Source: Octopus bimaculoides
Lineage: Eukaryota
Reading direction: 5' to 3'
DNA length: 64,000 nt
Assembly (NCBI RefSeq): GCF_001194135.2
Contig: NC_068982.1
Location: forward strand, 60,473,524 to 60,537,523
Numbering within the stretch: the first letter of the stretch is position 1; each line of letters begins with the position of its first letter. The position numbers and the translations under genes were made by a program. Below, piece after piece: positions 1 to 13,397 of this stretch. The notes below the pieces were generated by a model. That model saw only the letters and a list, made by a program, of their open reading frames with translations, searched no databases and was not told the origin of the DNA.

Positions 1-43
1 AAAAAACAGTACTTATCCATATTTTTCCGTAATTCAAACTCAT

Positions 44-77
44 ATATATATATATATATATATATATAGATATAGAT

Positions 78-147
<70 letters not shown>
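44..147. repeat. (TA)n + (GATA)n compound microsatellite
   Basis: Directly visible perfect tandem units. Confidence 0.97.
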
Positions 148-149
148 CT

Positions 150-292
150 ATAAGATTCTTTCAGTTTCTACCAAATCCACTCACAAGGCTTTGGTTTGCC
201 TGAGGTCATAGTAGAAGTCACTTGCCCAAGGTGCCACATAGTGGCACTGAACCCAGAACCATGTGGTTGAGAAGCAAGCTTCTTACCAAAAC
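150..292 (-). mobile_element. 5' part of tRNA-headed SINE (here called family B)
   Basis: Matches copies at 4850-4975, 7915-8078, 31410-31590 and 46460-46600 (shared ctaccaaatccactcacaaggctttgg...cacttgcccaaggtgccac...aaccatgtggttg). Confidence 0.85.
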
Positions 293-667
293 CATAAAAA
301 AAATATACAAGTACAATATCCATGACTCTGTCAAAGGAGAGACCAGAGATTCCAGTTAACAAGAATGTACAAAACTATATTAAACAGAAAATATTTCTAT
401 AAACAACATCCATAGTATTTCAGAGAAACAGCCATGTGAAAACAGTTTGATCCAACATCAGCAAACAAATTTTTGTAATTACAGAAAGCTAATTCTAAAT
501 AAATATAATCAATTTTAATGAAAATTGAAATGTTATAGCTTGATGCATTTACAACAGCCACTCAACAAGGAAGTTTCTACATGGTTGCGCTATCAGCAAA
601 AATAATATTCAAATCACCCTGAAATCATAACTTATGGTTAAATAATATAAAGTAGTCAAACATATCC

Positions 668-894
668 TTAACTCTAGCATTCAGATTTATTTTGTCAAAT
701 GTAATGCTTATTTATTCACATTGCTTTGAATTAATCATGCATTATCTTGAAACTTCAAGATTTTGGTTATGCGATCGTTTGATTTTAGAGTGACATTGTA
801 GAGTAGGTGTTAAAGGCAGGATCTGGTCAGTTTGAGCATAAAACAGACAGAATATTTGGACCAGATATGGCCAGTTTAAATGCTAAAGAGTTAA
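668..894. mobile_element. piggyBac-like MITE (about 225 bp)
   Basis: TTAA at both ends (668-671, 891-894) with imperfect TIRs ttaactc(tt)tagcatt / aatgctaaagagttaa; TTAA targets are typical of piggyBac. Confidence 0.6.
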
Positions 895-3800
895 AAATAG
901 GAGATGGTAACAGCTAGGATACTTTTGACCATAGTTCTGCTTGATGAAGGCAGAGCACCAGGGGAACAGCAACAACCATGATTTATCTTAAGAATTACAT
1001 AAAAAGAAACCATCTCAGTTATTTATATAAAAGTCCAAGGCTATAATAATGTAACTGCTTCACATTTTGAAGATTGTGCCTTTTTTCTTTCTTCATGAAA
1101 AGATCTTCACAGATTTTTTGGCAATATTTCAACCAAAGATTGTAAATCAGGATTGTAGTTTAAATTTAATTTCTTGGAGTATTTTTGTGAATTATGTCTC
1201 TCTTCCAATTAGAAATTTCATAGAAAGAAACAACAAAGATATGAATATAAGATCAAGTTATTTGTTAGATACAGTATGATTTTTTTTCTTTTTTGAAGTT
1301 AACACTCTTGTTATTTCTAAATACTTGGAGGAAAAATATCAAGTTGAATCTTGCCATACTGATATAATCATTCATGTAAGACATTCTATCCATTAATTTC
1401 ATCTTGTTAGATTAATGGCTCTGAGAAATTTATTTGGAGAAGGAAATTAAAAAGAACAAGTAATGCCATTTGTACTGAAAAAAAAAAATAATAATAATAA
1501 AACAGTTTTGAAAATGAATAAAATTTTCACATGTGGAACTGTGTTTCATAGAAAAAGACAAAATTCCTGAGGTTCAAGAAAAATTATATTTCAACACAAA
1601 GAGAAAAAATAAGAACAAATCTAAAAGTAGATTACACTTTGGAAAATGTTTATAATGTAAGGACTTGGCATAAAATGAAATAAGAAATCACTGCAATGAT
1701 ACTCATGAATAATTTTTTTTTTAATGTATATGTATGACTTATTTTCTTTTATTTATTCTTTTATTTATTTATTTTAATTATTCAGTTAGAAGACATAACC
1801 AAAGCCAACATGTTCAATCACTGTTATTTTAGAAATGAAATTTACTAAAAAAGGAAAAGTAAAATATATTATATTACCCGCTTTCATATGATTATTACTA
1901 GGGATTAGAAGAATTCTTACAGAAATCACTTAGTATGCATATAAAATATTTTTTCTTGTAGTATAATCAATAAATTGATGATCACGTCAGTGTAATGCTT
2001 GAATGAAAATAAAATTATCTTATTTAAATCATCATGAACATCAATAGCAACAATGACATCATTACCTTTATTTTAACCTCTTTTATCGAAGAAATCTTCA
2101 TATTTTTAATCTTTTTTATTTATTTACTTTTTGTTTTATTTTGATTTTCCTTCTGATGGCATCAGTTCAACAGGTATCTTCATTTTCTTTTTCTCTGTTT
2201 CCTTGGTTATCATTCCTTCATATCACTTTTTATTCAAGTTTGTCTTGATATATACATCAGCCTCAGTTACCATAAATCTCCAACCCTCATAAATCTAATG
2301 ATTTAGTTGTTGTTCACGCTGTTTGATTTTATCAATTTTCAAAGCATATCTACAAGTGCAAGAATAGCCAAGTGGTTTTAGGTTCAATCCCACCGTGTGA
2401 TACCATGGGCTGGAGTATATTATAATAACCTTGGGTTGACCATCACCTTCCGAATGTTAATGCTATTTTTTCTTCAGTTCTGGCAAATGTGAAAGATATT
2501 GTTTTTGTTTAATCTCAGATTAGTTCAAAATCAAGCAGTTCTATGGTCATAGGCATTTAAGCAATGATCATCCTGCTTTTCATTCAAATATGATGTTCTA
2601 TTTTTAATGTTTGTTTTTTTTTTGACACTGTAGGTTGTGATTTCAGGAACATTTGACTGCTATTTCAAACAGATTAAGTAACCATGTAAAGACTCCAGCT
2701 CCCTCCTTATTTTCTGTGAAACACATGACATATAAATGAGAAATGTGGTGGGGGAGGTAGTGCTCATGATGATGATGATGACAATGATGATAATGGTGAC
2801 TATGATGATGATAATGATGACTACGACAATGACAACTGCCAATGTTGATGATGATGATGATGAGGATGATGATGATGACAATGATAATAAAGATGAGGAA
2901 GAAACAAAGGAACTACAAGAGGAGGAAAAAGAAGAAACGAAGAAAGAAAATAGGGGGTGGGTGGTTTTTAATGGTGATGGTCATAGTGAAGAATAGGAAA
3001 CAGTATGGAGGTTAGCACGAGGCCAACCATGTGTTGAGAATTTTGATTCAGTACGAATCACTGAAGTAAATCTTAAATGCACTTATAGAAACTGCTGTTG
3101 TCTTAGCCGAAATAAATTTATTACCAGAAAGAGGAAATGTGGTGAATAGAAATTGTTTGAAATACAATGTTAGGAAGAAGAAAGCTATCTCTTCTCTGAA
3201 GACATTTAGGTAGATAGTTAACATTTAGACTATTGTTGAACATTGTAAATGATTAAAGATTAAGATAGTTTGAAAGTAATTTGACTGTACATTCTATTGA
3301 TTGGTTGCGTGTGGTTAATTGAATGTAAAAGATTTTTCTTTGTTAATCAACTGTAAATCTGTTTAAGACCAATATAGAAATCATTTAATCATTCATTCAT
3401 CAAGAAATAAGAAACAATTAAGTATTTACACAGAAAAACTTTATTATTTTTTTTTTTTTAATATTTTTCTTAAAAATAAGGAATATGGTTTTATGGTTTT
3501 TCATTTATTCGAAAACATTATGAAGATATTTTCTATAACACTAAATACAATGCCATTTGGATTTTAAGGAAACAGAAAACAAAAAGATGCACACAAGGAA
3601 ATGTTTTAAAATAAAACAAATTAAGAATTAAAATATATTTCTATCATCCTGAGGATAAGGAGAAGAAAAAGAGGTAGTGTAAAAGAAGGCAAAAAAAGGT
3701 AAGCATCAATATAGGTGAAATTTATTAAACAGTATAAGTGGATAATATGGCTAAATTAGCAGAATTATATATGCTAGTTAAAGTTAAGATATACATAAAA

Positions 3801-3929
3801 TTGCTTCAATAAAGTAATAGATATTATATACAAGCATATGTGTATACTTATTTATGTATATGTGTTCTAAGTTTTTGGCTACAGTTTTGTACCAAGGTAA
3901 GAGTAATTTATCCAAATTTATCCAAATTA

Positions 3930-4374
3930 TAGTGCTGATACAAATGGCCTGCCAGTTGCAACCCTCCCAAGCCAAGAATTGATCACAGTCTCCAACAGCT
4001 TCATGTAGCCATCTGAATTGAGCCAAAGGCTCTGTTCAAAGAAGTGGGGATGAATTCTAGTATGCAGACATAATCAGAGCAACTGCTGTGTCCTTTCCTA
4101 CTAGGCACAGTTTTGTAGTCTCTGTTGTTGCTGTCCATGTCAGAGCATTGAGCAGCAAACATAATGTTTGCATTTTGGTACTTGATGCAAATCATCATGA
4201 TACTCTTTTCCAATATTCAGAAGGCTTCCAGCCCTCCATGTCAGTTAACTTTTTCTCAACTACAAATTGAATCTTTATGCTCTCCAATACCATTGATTGG
4301 TCACCAATACATAAAATTGTTTCTGAAAAAAAAAAAAAGGAACATAAAAACGTCAAATTGAGTCTGAACACCTG
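3930..4374 (-). mobile_element. Internally deleted Tc1/mariner (DD37D/maT-like) transposon remnant
   Basis: TA followed by CAGGTGTTCAG TIR-like end at 4374; minus-strand peptides MEGWKPSEYWKR, DSNNRDYKTVPSRKGHSSCSD and PHFFEQSLWLNSDGYMKLLETVINSWLGRVATGRPFV resemble the N-terminus and catalytic region of DD37D transposases; frameshifted. Confidence 0.75.
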
Positions 4375-4799
4375 TATATATTTATGTATANNNNNNNNNN
4401 NNNNNNNNNNNNNNNNNNNNNNNNNNNNNNNNNNNNNNNNNNNNNNNNNNNNNNNNNNNNNNNNNNNNNNNNNNNNNNNNNNNNNNNNNNNNNNNNNNNN
4501 NNNNNNNNNNNNNNNNNNNNNNNNNNNNNNNNNNNNNNNNNNNNNNNNNNNNNNNNNNNNNNNNNNNNNNNNNNNNNNNNNNNNNNNNNNNNNNNNNNNN
4601 NNNNNNNNNNNNNNNNNNNNNNNNNNNNNNNNNNNNNNNNNNNNNNNNNNNNNNNNNNNNNNNNNNNNNNNATAATACAAAGTAAATATCATAAGATAAA
4701 GATAATAAAATGTCTACACATGCGAAACTTAATTTAATTTTAATTTTTAATAAATTGAATTTAATTGAATTTTTACCTGTAAATTTGGATATTTATCCC

Positions 4800-4840
<41 letters not shown>

Positions 4841-5199
4841 TGGTAAGCTTCCACACAGCTTATGTCTACCAAATTCACTCACAAGGCATTGATCAGCCCA
4901 GGACTATAGTAGCAGACACTTGCTCAAGATACTGCACAGTGGAACAGAATCTAAAACCATGCGGTTGTGGAGCCAGCCAGGCCTGTGTCAACGATATAAA
5001 TTCTTGGTTTTGCTAAGCTTCATACTTATAAAAATACCGGATCAGTATGGATAGTATACCTCACAGTATTTTGTTATGTTCTATTATATTCAATTTTTTT
5101 CCACAAAATGTATGGAGTTGAGCCTGACTTAGAAATGAGCATTATAATTTTTCATTACAGTTAGACAAGTGAAAATTAATCATATCTTCATAAACAATT

Positions 5200-5440
5200 G
5201 TTGTTACTTAGCTCCGATTCAATCCTGAGCAAATAGATTTATCTTCAGTGGCATTCCACCTATGACTATTTTGTCTTTTTGCATGTCTAGGAGTACATTG
5301 TTTAGTGTTTCCCACTTTTTTGAACACAAGAGAATGTGCTTTGTGAAAGAATTGGCTGCTATTTTTAGCTGTTCAAGGGAGTATGTAGAAACTTCTTCAT
5401 TGGGCAGCCATTTGACAAGTAGAACAGGCTTATTGATTTT
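5200..5440 (-). repeat. Dispersed repeat (here family D: aaatagcagccaa...ggaatgcc...gctaa(a)caacaac tail)
   Basis: Homologous segments at about 895-990, 13870-14095, 27800-27960, 49900-50000, 50190-50385 and 51230-51375. Confidence 0.7.
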
Positions 5441-5759
5441 TAATTGCTTGGCATGAAATCTAAGTAATCATTGTCTAATGAATATTCTGCTTAAATTTAA
5501 CTTCTATATACTCGAAATCAGATCTTGTATATTATCTTGAATATACCATATTAAAACTTGGAAGAAATAAATTAGTCATATGCTGATTCTTTAGCCAGTT
5601 AGTTCCAGCTTTATGTCCAACTTCTATCATTTCATTCTCTCTTGAACTATTCCCATTCTTTGTTACATAGCAGTGCACAAAGTAATCAAAGAGAAAGAAT
5701 GTATTTGACTAAACTAACCGGAAATAATATGACTTCCTGCAATGGAACAAACCTGCACA

Positions 5760-6381
5760 TTTTTGGGAGAGTGACTTAGGTGAACTAGACCAATTTCACA
5801 AATTGACTTGTATTTATTTCATCAACTCTGGGAATACAAGGGATTAAAATTAACATCAGTATGATTTGAACTCAAAACGTAAAAGCCATAACTAACTACA
5901 CATAATATTTTGTCTAGCATTCAATTGATTCTGCCATTATGCTTCCCTTTAATGAACTTAAAACTATTCATTCTGCTCTAAGTACAGGGCCTAAAATTTT
6001 AAGGGAGATGGTTAAGTTGATTACATCAATCCACAGTGATCATTCTATTTTATCAACCCTGAAAGTATGAACAACGAAGTTGACTTTGACAGAATTTGAA
6101 CTTAGAACATAAAGAGCCAGAAGGGTCAATAAGCATTTTTGTCCAACATACTTACAATTCTCCTTTCTTCTATAGGCACAAGGCCTAACATTTGGTGGTG
6201 GGAGGAGGCCAGACGATTACTGGTACTTATTTTATTGACTCCCCCCCCCCACCAAAAAGAAAAGAAGGATGAAGGACAAAGTCAACCCTAACAGAATTTG
6301 AACTCAGAACATAATGATGGGTGAAATACCACCAAGCATTCTGTCCAGTGTACTAACGATTCTGCCAGCTCACTGCCTTAA
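5760..6381 (-). mobile_element. Three tandem copies of tRNA-headed SINE (here family A)
   Basis: Each has gaatttgaactc (reverse complement of B box GAGTTCAAATTC) and a ctgcca/gattct A-box region, homologous to the well-preserved copy at 45163-45395. Confidence 0.8.
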
Positions 6382-6953
6382 TGAAATTGAAATAATATGA
6401 GCAGCTTGTTGGTTTAAAATGCCAAGATCGACTTGTTCTCACACGTAAATGAATGAATTATCCTATTTTTGCTATATTAATAAGACACAGAAAATTTGTC
6501 TAAAACTTTTGTAAGAAATTTTTTCATAACATCATTAACATACAGAGAACGCATAAAATTCCAATATACTTATTCTGTAATTCTTCTGTAGTTCTATTAT
6601 TCTTTTGTTACACAAATGAGCCTTTCAATCTAGGTTTCCTTGCTCTTACAAATATCAATAAATTTTGCAAAGGTCTATGAGCATTGTTTAATATTTGTTC
6701 ATTCACATGTGAGAAATTTCAAAGCTGGAGCCATAAAACTACCAAAGTTCTAATCAATTTCAAGCCAGTTTAATAACTCAATATAAATATAGGTGATTAC
6801 CTGCTGATGGAATAACAGATTATGAAAATTCATTTGATGGCAGATGCATCATGATTAGAAGGATTCAGACAATTTATGCTGTTTAAAAAAAACAACTTTT
6901 TTGTTAGTTGATCAAAGGAAGAACAGCTATTCCCATAAGATCTACAGGCTCAC

Positions 6954-7040
6954 CTGGACTGTTGACATTGAAATGGTTGATGGCCAGCCTTAATATCTGC
7001 AAGTCTGAATTCTTCCAACAGAACGAACTTCACAAGACTC
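6954..7040 (-). CDS. Candidate internal exon (87 nt, phase 2/2), SLVKFVLLEEFRLADIKAGHQPFQCQQS; product unknown
   Basis: Acceptor ctgctctttag|, donor CAG|GTGAGC, length a multiple of 3, one open frame; no homology recognised. Confidence 0.3.
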
Positions 7041-7604
7041 CTAAAGAGCAGGTGAAAGGTCAAATTGAGTTGTAAGTTAAATCTAACATCAAATCTTACA
7101 TAATACACTAAAATCCCTCCAATCCAGCACTAATTGGACCAGAGGGTTGAATTTACTGAATTTACTGGATATCTGATCATCACTTTTTAAATTACCATGG
7201 CACCTTAGAAAACTCATTAAAATTTTATATATACATCAGTATTATCGTTAACATTCTGCATATTGTGGAAATGAGAGAAATAGGAAAAAATAAAAATGTA
7301 ATTTAAGTAAAGAACAAGTTTTATTAGCTTAATAGAATACAGGTACTCTAAATACAGTAAAATAAAATATTGTACAACACTTTGAGAAGCAACAATTCAT
7401 TTCAGATACAGGAGAAGCTTTCTTTCTTTTAATAACAATTAATTAAGAAAGCATTGAAAAAATGGTAAAAATGATTACCAGACTTAGTGTAATTTAGTTT
7501 CACTGTTCTACATTCTGAGCTTAGATCTCACATGTTGAAATAGCCCCTCTCATATGTATATGTATACGTATATATCTATATATATATATATATATATATG
7601 TGGA

Positions 7605-7661
<57 letters not shown>

Positions 7662-7674
7662 TCTCTTTTACTCT

Positions 7675-8078
7675 CTTTTACTTGTTTCAGTCATTTGACT
7701 GCGGCTATGCTGGAGCACCGCCTTTAGTCAAGAAAATCGACCCCAGGACTTATTCTTTGGATGCCTAGTACTTATTCTATTGATCTCTTTTGCCGAACCG
7801 CTAAGTTACGGAGACCTAAACACACCACCATCGGTTGTCAAGCGATGTTGTGGGGACAAACACAGACACACGAACACATACACACACATACATATATATA
7901 TATATACATATATACGACAGGCTTCTTTCAGTTTCCGTCTACCAAATCCACTCACAAGGCTTTGGTCGGCCCGAGGCTATAGTAGAAGACACTTGCCCAA
8001 GGTGCCATGTAGAGGGAATGAACCCAGAACCATGTGGTTGGTAAGCAAGCTACTTACCACACAGCCACTCCTACGCCT
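7675..8078 (-). mobile_element. Full-length SINE family B
   Basis: A-box TGGCTGTGTGG and B-box-like GGTTCATTCC head, central (TA/CA) tract, and 3' part ending gcagtcaaatgactgaaacaagtaaaagag, also seen at 9040-9195 and 48945-49150. Confidence 0.85.
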
Positions 8079-8124
8079 ATCTATATATATATACATCTTT
8101 TGTAATTTTACTGTTTACATTTGT

Positions 8125-8340
8125 TTCAAATAGTTTCAAATTTTGGCACACGATCAGCAATTTGGCAGAGAGGAGATAGGTCGATTACATAAACCCCAGT
8201 GCTCAACTAGTGCTTCTTTCATCAACCCTGAAAGGATGATAGGCAAAGTTGACCTCAGCAGAATTGGAAACAGGAACGTAAAGACAGACAAAATGTCACT
8301 AAGCTGGTGTGCTAATAATCCTGCCAGCTCACCACCTTAA
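8125..8340 (-). mobile_element. SINE family A
   Basis: Contains aaccctgaaaggatga..ggcaaagttgacctcagcagaatt and ctgccagctcaccacc, matching other copies. Confidence 0.8.
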
Positions 8341-8829
8341 CTTACTGCTATATTAACAACGTAATTTGTGGTATTATTGCTGTTATTTCGAGAGCTAAAA
8401 TGCATTTTAAAATCTTATTTGTTAATCTAAGGAGGAGAAGCAGTGCCCATAGGGCTTTTTAAATTCTCTTAGATTACAAAGAGGTGACAATTGGCTGAGT
8501 TTAATGGAAGGTGTTACAAAGAGAGAAGAAAGGTACTGGTTGAAAGATAATAACAGATAGTTGTAGTTCTTGGAGAGAAGAACTTGGACAAATGTCTAGT
8601 GTACAATCTTAAAAATGATGCTTATCAAAGTGATGGAGGATGAGAAAAATATGATTGCATTAAAGGATTTTACTTGTCGAGGGACATACAGTTCACAAGT
8701 CCTGAGGAAGTAAAGTCTTTGTAGTAGAGATATCATTTGTCATTTGTGAGTCAATGGTGATAGGATTGTGAGCAAAAGCCTGCCCATCAAATGGACATCT
8801 TTGTCATGTGGGAGAAATGTGCATGCATG

Positions 8830-8860
<31 letters not shown>

Positions 8861-9352
8861 TTACTTCTGAATATTTGGGTATATGCATGAGACATGTATG
8901 TAAATACACGTATGTGTGTGTGTGTGTGTGTGTTTACTTCTGAATATTTGGGTATATGCAAGAGACGTGTGTATATACACACATGTCTCATGTGTGTATA
9001 TACACATGTGTGTGCATGTGTGTGTGTGTGTGAGTGTCTTTATATCTGTGTTTGTCCATATGACTTAGCAGCTTGGCAAAAGTGACTAATAAAATAAGTA
9101 CCAAGCTAAGAAAAGTCAATTCATTTGACTAGCAACTCTTCAAGACAGTGCTCTAGCATGGCCACAGTCAAATGACTGAAACAAGTAAAAGATATATATA
9201 TATATGTGTGTGTGTGGAGAGAGAGAGAGAGAGAGACAGAGTGAAAGAATGAATAACATGTAAACTTTAATGGTCTTTCATTTCATTCACCTTCTAAACA
9301 TTTATTAACTCTTCATGGTAAAGTGTTGTCATATTTCAGCATGCATGTATGA

Positions 9353-9404
<52 letters not shown>

Positions 9405-11349
9405 GTTAAATATGTGTTAAGAAGTTTACTTGAATTCATGTGAAATAAAACTCAATCAATCTTCTGATGTACAATTCAAAAAGTTTAGTTGAATCCATTC
9501 AGCAAAACACGAACTTACCGTCTACAAGTTTCATACCTCTGTTAGATCCAAGCTGCAGGCTACATTAAAGAAGACACCCTGCCTCCATTAATTAACTTCA
9601 TTATATCATTTATATACTGTAAAGAAACTATTACTATTCTATCCTTATTCAGTTGCTACCACTAAATTTTATGTCTTGTAGCTGGCTGAATTTTCTCCTC
9701 AGATATCCGTGTGGCTGCACCATGAACAATCTTTCACTTTATATGACATTAACTACTCTACACATGCAATGCCTATAAAAACAAAAAGAGATTCACAATG
9801 CATGTTTACTGCTGATGCATTGAATTTTCTTCTTTTATTTTTTTCTTTAAAGGAAAAAACAAAATGAAGTGTTGGTAGACCTGAAGATAAATATATGAGG
9901 TTTCAGAAATAATCAATGGACTCTCTTTGTGGGATATAGCAGTGGTTATGTAACTAAAAAAGCATAGACATAAGGAATGGAAAAGCACATCTTCACAATT
10001 TACAAGAACCTACAGATATATTTGGTCTATAGGGCAATAAAGCATGGAGTCTCAGGAAAATAAAGACATGCATATATGCACATATAGAGGCACATATATG
10101 CATAGAAAAACAGGCACATACATAATAATGCACAAAAGAAAAAGGAACACTTGGAATTCATCCCATTACTAATTCATTTCAGTGTTCTGAGAACATCTCT
10201 AAAGATATGGAGATTATAAACAAAGAATCCCTTTCACATCTAGAAGGATATGTTGTAGCATGATCATCTAAGCCACTTTTCCTGAATAGATCTACTGGTG
10301 ATCTCTTTGTCAGCATTATCACTGTAGGTGAGGGCGAGCAAGAAGAAAGCATTGTCAACAAACAGTTCTTCCAGCACAAACAAAAGGTCTGCTGCATTAT
10401 TCACGTATCAGAAACGTTTTCGTATAAGGCACTAAGATATGGGAATGTAAATAAAGGACCAGTTGCAAAGGAATGAAATAAGATGAGAATGGCATGACAA
10501 TTGTGTGACTTTCAAGTGATATCTTATTATCCACCAGGCAAATTGTTAATAATAACAGTTTGTCAGTTCAATCACTAGCTAGGGTAGCAGAATCAATGTA
10601 CTTTGTTTATATAGTACCCGAAAATGGTCATAGATATTTCATCAGTTGAAATGTAGCCATGAAAATTACAAAGGTCTGTAGACAATAATCCAAAAATATC
10701 AATAAGTAGGGTGTTCATTCAGTTACATGGATTTTTATATTGTATGAAAGCATTAAAAAAGATGAAAGGTAAGTTTTGCTATAGCCTCAGATGTTGGTCA
10801 ACAAGATTATTTAAAGAATTTTCTAGAGGCATGTTTATGTGTCACTGAAGATGAATGCACAGAGACCAAATACAGAATCATTACTTTGTTATTTGTGAAT
10901 GTATTGATTACGTAACATGGGTGTATTGTGTATAAACAGAGTTTCAAACTTCTGTTTTATAATAGTACAACTATAACATTTTTTTCACCAACTCTATGAA
11001 ATAAAGGCAAATTGTTTTACATTTCCTATCCTAAATATTGAAATAAGTTTCAGAGTCTATTTATTTTATGCTGTTTGGTTCTTCTGCCATAAACACCATT
11101 TGCAATTACATATATTCTAGTATTTCAAATATGTTTACACATTCTGAATTGCCCTATCTCTCCATTCTTTTGTGTTTGTATAACAGGAAAAGCATAGGAG
11201 CATGGCAGAAAAGATTTTAAAGTGTGGTGTAAGATAAATGGAGGAGGAAGATGAGATATAATAATTTGAATAACCCTATTCTATTCCTTAACTGAATGGA
11301 GATCGTGGGATGCCTAATTTCTGGTGCTAATATAATTTTAGGACCAATG

Positions 11350-12000
11350 TACAATGACGATGATGAAGACGATGATGGTAGAGGTGGTGCTGTTGGTGGT
11401 GGTAGTGGTGGTGGTGTTGGTGAAAATGATTATGATGACGATGATGATGGTGATGATAACAATGGCAGTGATGAAAACAGTGAAAGCAATTATGGTAATA
11501 AGGAGGAAAATGAGGAGGCAGAAAGAAGGGGGAAGGGAGATAAGAAAGGAGTTGGTATTGACCAAGGAAGGAGTTGGAGGAGGTGTTGGTCAAGGAAGGA
11601 GGAGGAGGAGGAGGAGCAAGAGGAGGAAGAGGAGGGGAGCAAGAGGAGGAAGAGGAGGGGAGCAAGAGGAGGAAGAGGAGGGGAGCAAGAGGAGGAGGAC
11701 AATGAGAATGAGGAGGAGAACAAGAAGGAGGAGGAAGAGGAGGAGAACAATGAGGAGGAGAAGAGGAAGTGATGTTGTTGATGTGGTGGGGTAGTAATGT
11801 TAGCGGTGGTGGTGGTCGTCATCGTCATCGTAGTCGTGGTGGTGGTGGTGGTTAGATGGGAATAGAGAACAGAAGGACGCAGGATGAGGATGGAAGGGGA
11901 AAGGTAGTGGTAAGATGATGGTGAAAAGGTAGAGATGATGGTATTGGTAGACGGAGAGGAAAGAGAAGGTGAAAGAGAAGGTAAAAGAGATGGAGGTGGT
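11350..12000. repeat. Compound trinucleotide/purine microsatellite (GAT, GGT, GAG, AAG)
   Basis: Directly visible; source of the spurious poly-D/G/E ORFs. Confidence 0.9.
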
Positions 12001-12385
12001 GAAAGACTAAGAAACAGTTTCTGAAGATAATTGCCGATTCCTAATCTAATCGTAATCCATACAAAACATTTCAGTTTTTTTTCTTTTCTTTTTCTTTTTT
12101 ATAGGTCCAAAGAGAATTCCATAATACTCACAGGAAGGGCTTCATATTTTAGAACAAAAGCTTTACTTTGCATCCTTAAATAGCTTCTCTCTTTACATAC
12201 CTATACAACTGAGACATGTTATTGCTAAATATAGCTTAAAATCTCTGCTTTATTAATCACATGTATATTGGCAAAGTCATTAGAGTGTCAAAGTACAGTA
12301 CTTTCTGGCTTTTTCTATTTTGAGTTCAAACTCCACTGAGGTTAACTTAGTTTTTCGTTCTTTTGGGACTGATAAAATTAAGTCC

Positions 12386-12741
12386 AACAAGAGCACTCAG
12401 AGAGCACAATCCTTCTGACAAGGCAACAATAATGTCCCCTCAATGATTAGTCAGAGGTGATTTTTAAAATGAGAATACCTGAAATAAACTCAACTGCTGT
12501 CACAATTGAGAATACTGAAAATGAACCTGACCTGATTCACAAAAATTAAGTAAAAAAAACAGGAATAATAATCCAGAATCTTTGTCCAGTACCAGATTGA
12601 TGCCAGTTCATGCCAGCCACAAAGCCAAACATTTCTGAAAGTTTCATCTGACTCCATCCAGCAGTTCTTGAGATATCTTGTCTATGGACAAACAAACACG
12701 ACTGAAAACAATACCTCCGCCTTCACTAAGGCGGAGGTAAT
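12386..12741 (-). mobile_element. DINE-1/HINE-like non-autonomous Helentron-type element, copy 1
   Basis: Perfect 12-bp hairpin TACCTCCGCCTT-cact-AAGGCGGAGGTA at 12712-12739, adjacent (GTTT)n on the minus strand, ATCTCAAGAACT core, and the other end ...gagtgctcttgTT; second copy at 36260-36636. Confidence 0.65.
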
Positions 12742-13238
12742 AATTTACTCAGGTCAATATAATCATCTGCTTCTTTCCTCAAAATTTCTAGTCTAAGAAT
12801 GTCTTGACCAGTTGAAACCCATACATCTGACTGAGCCTTAGACAATAATAAAGTTTCTACATTAAACCAAAATAAATCTCCTGGCCATAACTTTCTATCA
12901 ACCTACAAACACAGATCTTCCTTTATATCCACTTTCTATATAACTAGCTCTCCAGTCTATCAACACCACACCTAATTATCATTTGCATACTTCCACCTGT
13001 CCCAAAACCAACTTGCCAAATACTATATAAAGCCAAAACAAAGAACAAAACAAGGTCTGAGGAAAATCAGCAAGGTAAAACTTTGAAGTTACTGTCAACC
13101 TCTTCCTAGTAGAAGTTAGTAAATATATACTCTACTAAAAAGTATGAGCAATCCTCTAATGCTAAATTCTTTTATATTAACTTGACATAAAACAAAAATT
13201 AGTAAATATGCATATATATGTCATATATATGATACATG

Positions 13239-13269
<31 letters not shown>

Positions 13270-13314
13270 CTATGTATCTATGTATGTATCTATCTATCTA
13301 TCTATCTATCTGTC

Positions 13315-13390
<76 letters not shown>

Positions 13391-13397
13391 TATATAC

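Noticed and set aside
4195-4323. Apparent terminal exon TILCIGDQSMVLESIKIQFVVEKKLTDMEGWKPSEYWKRVS*
   Set aside because: Lies within the 5' UTR and first codons of the DD37D mariner remnant
7990-8078. tRNA-like A/B boxes in several places
   Set aside because: All belong to SINE heads; no cloverleaf tRNA gene, rRNA or CRISPR array is supported anywhere in the window
8833-8985. Direct duplication of about 75 bp between (GT)n tracts
   Set aside because: Explained by microsatellite-mediated slippage or a local assembly artefact
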